This document shows, one piece after another, positions 21,562 through 33,587 of a stretch of 33,587 nucleotides of DNA. Positions within the stretch are counted from its first letter, which is position 1. Each line of letters begins with the position of its first letter. A program made the position numbers and the translations under genes. The DNA is from Phoronis australis (Eukaryota > Animalia > Phoronida), in contig NMRA01000104.1 in the NCBI GenBank assembly GCA_002633005.1, positions 966,067-999,653 of the forward strand. Reading direction: 5' to 3'. Below the pieces are notes generated by a model, which saw nothing but the letters and a program-made list of their open reading frames with translations, had not been told where the DNA came from and did not search any database.

Positions 21562-24191
21562 CCTAACAAAGCTCAGCACAGATACTTGCCCACGGCCTGC
21601 ACAGAACTAGTGCTTGAACTTGAACTTGAATCAAAATATCGCCCAAGGTGTAACTTATTTACCATTTCTGGAATTTTTGTCGATTTCGTATTCGTTTGGT
21701 CCTGAAAATCCAACAAAGTCCTGATTATTAGCATCCTAAAAACAAGTTTTATCTTCAATTAAAAAATCTATTGGTTATTAAATGTGACAATTTTGCGTGT
21801 GTACGATCTTCATTCACCTTGCCAAGAAAATAATCACTGGTAAGTCTGCCAGGCGGACATAACTAGGGCCAAGTATCATCTTAGCTCACCACAGAGCAGA
21901 CTTATGTACAGGCGTTTGAAGAACTAGAGTACTCAAATGTTAGTTGTCCACGAGCCAATCCTGATAGTATATGAAGTTATCGCACGGCGAATGCAGTTGA
22001 ACTCAACTGAATAGCGTTTAGTCTGAGCGCGAGACAATATCACAGAAACTCGGGTACTATCTGACCCATGTATTGTCACACTCGGTAACGTCCGCCAAAT
22101 ATCAACGTTTTTCAAGAACGTTTTCTTTCAGTTATTTGATCATACAGTTATGCACGATCTCTCATGCTACCAATGGTAAAACCGTTCAACACAAGACCTT
22201 GTAATATCGAAAAATTTCTCGGAGTTTCCGAGATCCGCACAAGCTTGTTTGGCTCGAGAAAGTAACGGTATTACAAGTATGCCTAAATATCTTCGGTAAG
22301 CCTGAATCCTATTGAAGAGATGCTATTTATTGATGAAGCGTTAATTTTTCTGTCACAATTGTCCCGGATTAGTGTGATGAAGAAATGAGCCAAAAAGAGA
22401 ACCTTAATTAGGACCCTTGAAAAGTTACCAAATTTGTTAAACTTTGGTACAGCATATCTCAGAAAAGACCAATTGGAGTCATATGAAATTTTCCATATTT
22501 TTCCACTTTTGCATGAGGGCACTTTCAAAAATAGAACTTTTATGACTTTTATGAAAAAAACTGAACAGTGGAATCGAGCAAAAACGAGATGATGATTTAG
22601 AAAACTGTTACACCATTTTAGAAATTCCAATATTGTACATTCATATCAAACAAAATTTGGTCATGTTATTGATACAGTTGTTTCACTGTGGATGTACCTT
22701 TATTTTTACTAAAACACATGGTCACCTGTTCCAATTAATAGCAGATAGCTATCAAGTCAAAAATCAAATTCGCCAAGCTTTCTTTTTTTCAGAAACAACA
22801 TACTTTTACGGAGTTGAAATCTATAGTTTTGTAGGTTTTTGGCTAAAATACACCCACATTTCGAGAAGTAACGAAGTTTAGACCCTGGTATTCGACTGGG
22901 AAGAGCAGTCTTTACTAAGGGTGAAATATATCATATTCAAAACGCCCCATCGCCATTAGTTGGCAATCTTTAGAGACCGAAGTAGTGCACTTTCATACTG
23001 AATTAAAACGTCAACTTCATAGTTTGCTGGCAACTTGAACTGTTCATGTTTAAATCACATTCAAACAAGCGTTAAAATGTGTGAACATAGTTGACCTTTT
23101 ATTGTAATGTCTTCCTAGTTTTTTAACAATGGAGTAAAAATTGTTAGACGATAGGAAATGTCAATAAAAGCGACTTGGTGGACCTGACTGAACGCATGAC
23201 TTCACAAGACGTACTAATTGCGCAACTCACAGAAATGAAAGGGAGGGAAAACAATAATGCAGTTTCAAATTCAAACTTCAAAAACGCTCGGGGAGGACGT
23301 ATAGGAACGACTTCAATCTTTGAAGTACTGAGCCGTTATTTACTCCCGATCGAGTGATCTTAGTGCCTGGGCAAAGTTCAGTGACGCTAGGACCTACGCT
23401 AAGACCGCGCTATTATGTAGCCACTATCACGTGTTCTCATTTCAAATACACGGCAATATCTCACGTAATGTCGCGATGTATTGCTTTTTAGCGAGGTCCT
23501 AACGTTACTGCAACTCTACCCAGCTGTCACTCGGAGGATTAGACAATATTGTACTCTGCTGGATATGTGTCTACGCATCTGTAAACAGCACCGTCGTGAT
23601 TAACTTTCTTGCTTGTCAAACGAATGTGAAGGACACAACGGGAACATAAGCAAAGTTTTCTTACCACGCAAACTTACTCAGGAGCCATCTGCTGTACGGT
23701 GACGATGGGTGCTGGTGTGACGAATGAAAAATGTCAGGTTAACATGACATGATGTACATCGATGACCTTACTACACTGGGCACACGTCATTCTTGTTCAG
23801 TGAGAGCTGAGCGCCAACTAACAGTCTAGTCAAAGTTGTTTTAAGAATGATCGCAAATGCTATGGCCACGACGAATCGCTCTGACGAAGTTATCAAATTA
23901 TATTACATTGCACCATACTTGAGAGGCATTATCATAGTTACACGCTACTGATAAGTGGTTCAGTTAAAGGCTCATCAACAAGTGTGATTCTGAACCGGGC
24001 CAGAGCTGATTGCGTGAACTTTCGGTGTCACCCCTGACCTAGGTCCCGACCCACTGATCAGATATGTTATTCACCAAAGTCGCCGGTCTGTGGGCGAAGC
24101 TATTTTAACACTCTGTTTAGGGCTAGTTTTGCACACTTTGTGCCAGGATGATCAATCTCGGAACTCAGAATCACAATATTTAGACCCGGAC

Positions 24192-24348
24192 CAGGGGCGG
24201 ATCCAGGATGTTTGAGTTAGGGGGACCAGGGCAGAGTATTAGCCAGGATTTTACCCGTCATACATTCTCATTCCCGAACTGCCAAATGGAGTCTGGGAGA
24301 AATTTAGGGGGGCATGGCTCCCTTGGCCCCCCTCTAAATCCGCCACTG
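24192..24348 (-). mobile_element. 157-bp hAT-like MITE, copy 2
   Basis: Termini CAGGGGCGGAT and ATCCGCCACTG; flanks CGGAC / TGGAC; homologous to 16212-16364. Confidence 0.88.
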
Positions 24349-27300
24349 TGGACGCAAGATCCATCCAATTGACCAAGAACTGTACCGAGTGAAATTAGAA
24401 AATTAATTAGAAGCGAAGCACGCGATTGACCAGTTTTAGAGTCAAGTCTTGAGTAGATTTTGGTGGTCACATGTCCTGGGCCCAGAGTCTAATCTCCGAA
24501 CTCACTGACTCTGACTCCAACCCATATTTGAACATGAGCCCAGCATGAGTCGAATACAAATTTTACTCGAAGCGTTCCGTAAATTTTCGACTAGTTGAGC
24601 GTCGAATATTANTAAGGGCATTTTTCGCATGTAGTTCATGGGCTGGGCGCTTACTTTAGCAAAGTCTGAAAACGCGTTGGGGCACTTGTTGAGCCATGGG
24701 CGCTAATTAGGGCGAATAGCGGCAGAATTACATACAGCAGCGTAGTTTAATGCACACAAATTACACGTCGTGCAAACCAGTCGGCCATCCCGTTTACCAT
24801 CAACAATCCCAGTAGCCTTTGCGCACCCTAATTTCCGGACATGCGCAATCGTTAAATCGATTCGGTTGCAACTCCGCTATTCCGTGGCTTTCATAGTTGG
24901 ACATTTCTTTTTCATTCGAAGTAGTGGACACGTCTTTCTTTAGTCGCGACATTGTACAGCCACAACCAAATATTGGAGTTCTGAGACAAGTATGAAGTGT
25001 CTCCCGCTGAGGGATCGGGACCAAAACCTGAAGTGCTGACGCCAGCCAAGGGTGGTTTTTCCCGACCGTATTGAGCAAAACTCGGGTCACTCGTCTCAGG
25101 AGAAAACTTGGCACTGAGTTCTGAGATTAAACCCCAGGCCCTGGACGGTGTATATACAAAATAACTAGTATCTGTCTATAAAGGCCAAACAAGTACATAA
25201 TAGTACAAAAGCGGCTTCACTGTTAACCTTATAAACGACATTGTTTAACCAATCCGTCTAAGAAGCCTACCATTCCGGATGAAGTGGCTAAACGCCGTTG
25301 TTTGTTATTTTCCGAAAGTATAATTATAGAAGTTATGTTGCACTGAGAAGAAAGTGACAAATACCAGAAGACAGAATATACCTTTGTTAACGAAAATTTC
25401 AGTTATCAACTTCTTTGAAAAAGTAGACTTCACGCTTTCACAAACTCCCTCACACGTGTCCGGGTATACTGTTGGTGTATAGATGGCGTTGTAGTCAATT
25501 CAGTTTTAGCGCATGGAATGAGTTAATGGAATTTCCGAAACCATCCTCAGTTAGTATTTGGCCCAAAGGCAAAGTTATTTTAGTGAATCCATATATCTGT
25601 GACAGGTCTAGAACCTATTTAAAATGCTATTTATTGACAAAACGTCACACTTGCAAAAACATTTTAGTAATTTGTGCATATGCAACCATAGTATCGGTGA
25701 TGCCTATGGTATTTTAATAGTTAAGTCAAAGGTGAGCGTCATCAAGAAATGATCAATAAGAAAACTACAATTGAGGAGGTTTATGCCCGTAATTTTCTCT
25801 GGGAAGAGCTGTCTTTTCAAGGCACCTAAGCGCCGCCAGTTTGCGATCCTCAGCCAGCCTGAGTCATTGCAGGTGAAGATCCAAGTTTTAAAACGCAATG
25901 CTTGGATCGCTGATAGCAGCAACAGTTCGTTTTTAAATCACATTTGAAAACACGAAAACAGTTGTCTATCCATTATGAAGATCATGGTATGAATCTTACT
26001 TTATCAGTTTAACCACCTTTGTAGTGTTGAAACGTGGCTGACCCTCTACGTCTCAGTTGGCCTATCTTTGTATTGAAGAATCAAGGGCAAACAATCTGCA
26101 ACTTGACTGATCCATGTATCATCGTGGGCCTATCAAACTTGCAAGTTTCAACAAGAATAAGAAAGGCAAAAAACATTGTAAGTGTGTAAATTTCTTTTCA
26201 ACGCAGACGAAAATTAACGTAGGAATAAACGTTTTCGTATTCTCTTGCCATCATCCATTCTCAAACTAATGCTCCCTCAGATTGGGGCATGTGACGTCAC
26301 GACAAGGGTTGGTGAATCTGATTGTTTGACAGTGTCCAGATAGAATTGTCCCGTAACACAGATCGCTCGTCTTCCTAATATGAATCTATTGAAATCTCTG
26401 TCCAAGATGGAGGCATTCTTTCAGTCTATTAGATGGTTCTATTCCATACCATGATCGAGGCAAGTTTGTGAAGAACACAATGGCTGCGGAAACAACTGGT
26501 ACGTTTCGTGCTGTGCTCAGATATACGCGTACCACATTTCGACTAGTCTCTCTGATGTTCACAGTTTTGCAACAGGAGCAAGACACATTACACATGTATC
26601 TGTTCACACAGGCGCACATTTGCCAGCATATCTTTTGTTCCTACGATGAACTGCAGGTTGCAGAAAGACTTGGCAGCAACATCAATCTCGAAGTTCTTGA
26701 GTCTGACTTGGGTGGGTCCCTAAGGTACGGCAACCCCGTGACTGTTGTGCCGATACTGTCGTCTCGTTTTTCTCGCTGTTTATCCAACTTACAGTAGGAA
26801 AAGCGAGGAGATTTCGCCAGGAAAGCTGGCAACCAATGTAAAAATAGGCTCCTGTGGCGCTTCAATGAGGACAATGCGGTACTTTCGGAAACTAGTCCGT
26901 GTGACTGCGGCATGGCGCTGTCACTTCGGTACGGTACCGTCAGATACAGGTCGTCACCCAGCCATGATTCAAGTGCGGAAATGAGCCATAAGAGTCTTGA
27001 TCCCTCTAATAGTCGAAGGATAAACTACTGTTTTTCCTTCTGCTAGTCCAAACTGTGCTGAGTGCCTTTTATCACTAACTTTTATCTTCATTTCTTTTAA
27101 CTGAGTACAATTCGTGCCTTTTTACATAGTGATTATGAGGCTACTTGAGCCAGCAATCCGAGTTCGTTTACGCAAACCTCGCGATCGGTCGAATACAAGG
27201 GTGCGCAAATGATATACACGTTTTACAAACGGGACAGCATTAACAACAACTTTTTTAAAAGGGTTTAAAGGAGAATGCGACCAAAAAACAACATGTTTTG

Positions 27301-30300
27301 TATCGATTCAGATCAAGTAGTTCCACTCGATAACAGCAAGTACAGCTCCTTTACATGACACCTGTCGGCGGACGGAGGTGTTGAAATTAACCAATGACGT
27401 CAGAGGTTCGAATGCAGTCTGTTCAGCAGTGCACAACACGCTTACTGGTGTCAGCTTATCGCTTGAATCCATAGTTTTGCACCAATAAATCATCAAAATT
27501 CGATGTAAAACCCTTACAAATACATCAAGTTATTGAACAAACGTGTTATTTTATTTCGCTGTTACGGATTTTTAGGTATTTGCACGTACTGTAGCCTACT
27601 AAGTCCGGTAAGCCAATTTACCAAGGTCGGTCGCGAGAATTTGTCTTCTGATCGGTGATAAATTCAGGGGTACCAGACAATCATACGCGAGAACAACTAA
27701 GTCATCCACTCAAACCAGGCGTACGAAGCAGTACGTGACACGTACGCACAAAAATCACGTGCGCGAACCCAGTCAACAGCATTCTGTCAAGTGGTTCGTT
27801 TCAATGATTTGAGAAGTGTTCGTTTTTTCGTACTGAAGCCCACCTGTAGCTACGATTCAACAGTTTGAATGGATGATTCAGTGATTCTGGCCGGTGCATG
27901 GTTCGGAATGCATTCATTACGGTAGTCAACAAGACATAGTAGTACAACGTAGTACAGCAGAAAACTCTTACAAAATATACAAGATAATAACAAAAGTATG
28001 CCATAGACAGGGAAAATGTGCGATCAAAATAGCCACAGGTGCAGACGAGGACAGCTGCTTATTTTCGAAAAGTGGTACTTATCGAGTTTTGTAAACGCAT
28101 CCAAATCTTGTTAGATGTTCGTAGCACCGAAATCGAAAAATCATATCTGACACTTACATGTATACTTGAATATTGAGCTTGTCAAAATTTGTGCTAATGT
28201 TTGAGTTAAGTGAACGATAAAAAGCAAAAACAGGCAAGATACACAGCCAATCAGACGTTTTTACAGTTTCAAACGAGTGTGTAATTGAGAATTCATATGA
28301 CATTATCATATTAGTGACGTGTAGTTATGAACGCATGTTTTGCTTTTGAATGAAAAAATACTGTTGGTTCGGTTGTCTTCACATTTATGAACATCTGCGT
28401 CGAAATGTGTTGAATTTTGAGCACCTCTTGGCACTGCAACCGCTTTAGCAAACGTTGCTCCGACCATGCACTGTTTAGTGTCTGTATTTGCTCGTGATGC
28501 ACTTCTGTGAAGTACTAACTGTGACAGTTTCCACATCTTACTCAAAAGTGACACAAACCAACCCCAAATCCACGAGCGCGCGCCTGCATGTAGAACTCGA
28601 ACTGCACCCTAAACACTTGTTCATTCATTCGTCCACGTCACGTGTAAGTAAATAACATTTCGACGGCTATTTCATTCATTTTCAACTAATGTACATTTAG
28701 AAGTCGCCGCAAAATTTTCGAACTAAATAAAACCTCGCACAGCTCTGATGTGTACCTTAATCAGAATCATAAATACGATACCGGAGGTCTTCCACGTCTC
28801 GCATTTTAATATGTTGATCTTTCTCGCGTGTGGAAATTAAAAGCCGTTAAAAGACTTTTTCTTTGATCATAGCTATAAGTCTTTCTGTTAAGTTTTATCA
28901 ATATCTTCGTCAAAATGTCGTGACTGCTTGTGGAATTGCAGGAAACAAATCTTTTAAGAAAACAAACTAGAAACGAATGACGTCTTGTCTTTAATATCGT
29001 TACTTATAGCCTCAAGTAGATTTAATATAAACCTAAATAGCTTCAATTTAAAATATTTATGGCTTCTCTGACAATTCCAGTTGAAAACTATATTGTCCAT
29101 TTACTGCAGCTGTCTAAAGTTTAATTAGAATGAAAGAATAACAATTTTAAGTGTCGGTTCGATTCAAATTCAAACGGATGCTGGAGTTCCAAAACTTGAC
29201 CTTTCAACTATCTTTTTCGTAAAGGAATGAAGAAACGTCTAAACTAATATAATTAATCAGATTTGTAAAATTTCTATATTACAAGGTTGAGTTAAAATAA
29301 GCTAGTTCTGTATCAGAAAAGTTGTGGCGTACATAATATTATACGGTTACGGCCACGGTCTTTTTACTTACAGATAAAGATATTTTAAAATATTCTTTTA
29401 GAAATCTAGTGGAGGTTCTCCATACAGCGTATCAGCGACATCAGATTTGTTCATGCTGGAATTTTTCGGGTTTTAGTTGGTAGAAATTATTTATTTGTGA
29501 GGAAGTGGCTTCATGAAACTCCATGTTTGCTCAGTACAAATGCTGCAGGCTGAAACAATTGACGAGCTAATATTCACTTAGGAAACCGGTGATACTGAAG
29601 TATGAGCGAAATGCCCAAAGTTGAACAGAATTACACGAATTTCTCTCAAACAACACGTCAATAGTTGTTCACTCAGACAGTGGAATGTAAATCTTCTCAA
29701 TAGTCTACATGAACAAGCTCGATATTATATATACATAACCTTAACGGAATAGTAATTCTATCACGCTAAGGAGACAGATTCTATGAGTGTAAAAGCCTAA
29801 TTCGGTTTCCAGTTACAGCCAGCTACTGTAAACAATGTCTTATGCAGGTTTTAAACTCTAGATATCAAGGAACGGGTGTGGGGTATGAGGAGGTTTCTTT
29901 TATTCTTCTTGCGCCTCATGGTCGAACCGCTAAGCTAGCCCGAGTTAAGATGGTCTGCTAGAATCAGACGATTCGGACTGCAATGGTCATTTCCAAGGCA
30001 CCCAGCAACAGATGGTGAACCGTCATCACTTCGATTTCAGTTAACTTTGACTGGAAACGTTTGTGCGAAACAGGTGATTCTAATCAAAACACACAACACA
30101 ACAGTTGTTCTTATACAAATGTGGCTCTCGTGATGTAAATCCTGCACAAAATGCGTTTTTTCGGTCCTAAAACCGACAGCGAAGTTTTACATTAACCATT
30201 AATAGCACAAAACATTACAGCATTGTTGAATAAAGACATGCATATGACAACATCCTGTTTTTAGATCAAAACATAATTAGCTTTGAGACAAATTTTGAAT

Positions 30301-32923
30301 TTTTTTGCAAACACTTGTGTGCAGGTTCAGTATGGAGCGACCAAGTGAAATTCATATTTTGCCTCATGTAAAACATTTTGAAATCATTAATTCTCTGAAG
30401 AACAACCTCGCATTTTCTGACGGGCAAAATGAATTATTCATATAAAAGCTCTATACGATTAAATGTCCTTGAGTATTTTCGGGATCATAGCTTAGGGAGA
30501 ATCGGATCAAAACATGTTATGAATGGATAAAGGCTTATGACACTGTATCGGTGCGGTAATTACGCACACCTGATGATCGCTTTCACTTTTACTCATTGTG
30601 ATCAGGCGGAGGACATCGCGATCTTTTATGAGCATTTGTTATCAAGACACCGCGCTACTATTAAAACTGCAAGCGGTGTACATCTGCAAGAGAATTAGGT
30701 GTGTCACTGTCACAGTCACACGTAAGACTCCGTCAATGGCCATGCCAGACTGACAACACCGTTGCCTGGACCTTGCTCAAGGACAAGACAATCTCCACAA
30801 CCAGCTATACTAGACAGATAACCGTCAGTATTGCTGGCTCTGGTCCAACGTGAAGGTAAATAGCCCTCTTGTAAAGTTCGTGTGAACAAACACGAGGAGG
30901 TGTTGAAGGATGTAGTATGGAACTACTTAATTCAATATAGCAATATTTTCATAAACAGTTGAAAATGAAGCTATTCAAAGCGACTAAATAATGGTCTATA
31001 GTCCAAATTGACTACCCTTGTTTGGTTTGTGTAGGAATTCCTCGGAACTTCTAGGAGATTGCCACTGGCATTACGTTTAATCTCGATTGCAGTGCCATGG
31101 CTTTTCTTAACGGGTGATTTCGCATTAGCGGACAACAACGCTTATTAACGAAGAATTAATTGGATTCGTTTGGAGATTTCCGAGAAAATATGACTTGATA
31201 CATGGCAGTTTATGACCTTAACTTGCACTGTGTTAATCCTTATTTTGTCTCCGCTCCGTAGTTAACGTAAGGGAAGTTTATTAAAACTCCCACTTCCCAA
31301 TAGTCTCTACAACATGATGTTTGGGCAAGGGGTATAGCAATAGCACTAGCAAAAATGTCATTTTCTTTCCTACTCCACAGGTGATGTACGAATACCTTGT
31401 ACTCCTTGGTATCTTTCTCGTGATTTCACGCTGTGAAATCCCTTAGTTGTTTACCAGCATCATATCTTTTACGTGAAGTTCGTCTGTGATTAGTATGCAA
31501 AAATATGCAACACCCACGGCGCTCTAAGATCTCAGGCGTTAAATAAATAGTCCAGCTGCATTTAATATTTTTATAGTTCATGGCACGTTGGTGATATGCT
31601 TTCATCTAACCCAGCACTAAATTAGAAGCCTTTTCAGACGCACGTTTCAAAAGCAATGGTTGTGTGCTAATCTTTGTCTCCTCTTCAGATTTTGGTCACT
31701 TGACTTTGAACAAGGAAAGAAAAACAATTATGTTTACATTTGAATTATAATAACACGGCTGTGATTCACTAGTATTCAAAACATCTGACTCAGTTTGAGT
31801 AGTAAAGTATTCAGAGGAAGTTAATCGGCCGTTAAAAACAGCTTAGGGAGCTTAGATGTATTTACGTAGCGACTCCGGTTTGAAAGAGCTGATGAAAAAT
31901 TGCCTGCAAAGAATAAAAAACAGTTTGAAATTAGGGCATCAACGTCTAATTAGGTTTTGCATAAACTAATTTTTGGTATGGCAATGCAGAAGTCTTGTCA
32001 CCTGCGTTCCGGAACACGCTAGTTTTAACATATCACCCTGAGAGATCTAAGCCTGAAGTCTATAATCAATGAACAAAAGAAAAGAAAATCAAAAGCAATT
32101 TTAAATAGAAAATGAGTTTCTTTTTAAAGTCAAAATCCCTGTCCAATGGAACGAGTGATGGAAAGAAAATCTGACACACTAGCAATGATTATAACAATGG
32201 GTCAGATACCATTACTGTAAACTTAAATTCGAGGAGGCCCATTGCACATTATTTAAAAATTTCTGGAGAAAGCCTGTTCTCAAAACGGGATATTTTTATT
32301 TAAATGTGTGGATTGAGAGAAAATTCATTGTTGTACCACATGTTTAATATAATTTAAAGAAGTAGTTGTCTGATAATTATTTCCTAAACCGAAATCCTAC
32401 TATGGTAAACCGACTATCTAGTTAACAAAGACATCAGGCTCTCGTCGCTTCTTTAAGAAGATGGAGAGAACACTGTTGTTGATCTCACACACGATGTTAA
32501 TGTCAAAGGAACCATCAACGCTATCGTCCAATAAAGTCTGGTGAACAACATTGCTCACTACAGATTCTGTTATCGTTATATATCTAATGATCTCATAAAC
32601 CTCATGATTAATCACGGATATTAAAAAGAAACTATGCAAACTTTTCTTTGCCATTATACACGGTTCGTGCGTTTTAATACTGCGACATTGCCGAAAACTT
32701 TACTACGACCGTTATACCCAATCAATAGTGAGTCTGAGCAGCGTTCAAAGAATATTCGCAAGAAGGCGGAGCTTAATAATGTTCTCTAAACAGTAGACTA
32801 TTGTAGAGGTAAAATTCAACTGTGGATATGCTAGTCATAACAAACTGCATCGTGACTTAAATTCCCCTATAACGACGCAGACGGAAAAATATAGCCACTA
32901 TAAAAAGACATTTGATTGTGTAG

Positions 32924-33111
32924 ACTACTACAGAGGGAGTCAGAAGCCGTAATGGGTTGTATCGTGGCATGGACCCCATCGGCGTTCTAGTGCGACGGAC
33001 TGGAGCTGATTCTATACGAGAAGCTAACTTTCCCGTGGTCAAAACAGAGCCTGTTCATTTCATTTCTAAACTCAGCGAAGGTGACGCCGGCTTTTCAGAG
33101 GATTCCGAAAG
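32924..33111 (+). other. Possible coding exon of an unidentified gene
   Basis: Acceptor tttgattgtgtag and donor AAG|GTACGA bound a GC-richer stretch with one open frame (TTTEGVRSRNGLYRGMDPIGVLVRR...SEDSER). No recognisable homology. Confidence 0.22.
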
Positions 33112-33587
33112 GTACGATCATACAAGTAGGACATTCAAGGAAATTTTCAGAAATATAAAACATAAATCTTTAATCTGAGTTATAATAGCAACAAAATCGA
33201 TAGATATTTTTTATAGAGAGATTTGCCAAACGGAAGCCTTCCTTTGCGATCTTATGCTTCTCTTGATGTCTTTTGCTGACTTTCTTGATATCAAGTTACC
33301 TTAAAAGTTGTCCTTAACAATGGAATCTGGGATTACAAAAAATATGTGCAACCTACTTTATCAACCGTTTCTTTACACAGTGATGTATACAAAGCAACAT
33401 AATACGTTTGACTTCTTTTCGTTTGCTCCGCGGTGCGTCTTTGGGCTACTAACACTGGGGTGCTACATTATTGATCGAAGAATTAGCAATTAATGAAACT
33501 CGTCTCTTGTATTAAATCTTTAAGATTCTGTTTACACGTTTCGTTTACGCTTTAAAAAATTATGTATCTATTTCTTTTCGATTTTCC

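Noticed and set aside
22283-22881. 115-aa and 82-aa ORFs
   Set aside because: AT-rich, F/K/I-biased translations typical of non-coding or decayed repeat DNA.
27265-27520. TTAA-AGGAGAA Kolobok-like left end
   Set aside because: No matching right terminus found in the window.
32418-32654. 78-aa ATG ORF on the minus strand
   Set aside because: No recognisable motif or gene-structure support.
32754-32774. ttcgcaagaaggcggagctt resembling the subterminal sequence at 6674-6693
   Set aside because: The match is short, with no GCGATAGGTCA terminus or partner end.

Overview
This is eukaryotic, AT-rich invertebrate genomic DNA. An innexin with a CWCP loop and GT-AG introns point to a protostome, probably a lophotrochozoan (inference). 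It contains three credible protein-coding genes, each with an intron-free CDS: a class A GPCR (2858-3844, +), an innexin (19560-20762, +), and, 358 bp beyond the innexin stop on the opposite strand, a 146-aa single-pass membrane protein with KCNE-like topology and a C-terminal LxxIxE motif (21121-21561, -). Region ~4200-9860 is a transposon graveyard that the ORF track misses. It holds an L1/Tx1-type RT fragment and a decayed, spliced THAP (+) / SAP-YqaJ exonuclease (-) convergent pair with ISL2EU-type architecture. Two further AT-TSD elements sit back-to-back there, share one AT dinucleotide, and form a ~230-bp palindrome. Three CAGTGGCGG-terminated MITEs show 5-bp rather than 8-bp target duplications. 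There is one assembly gap (12802-13359). All family calls come from motifs recognised by eye; no searches were run.
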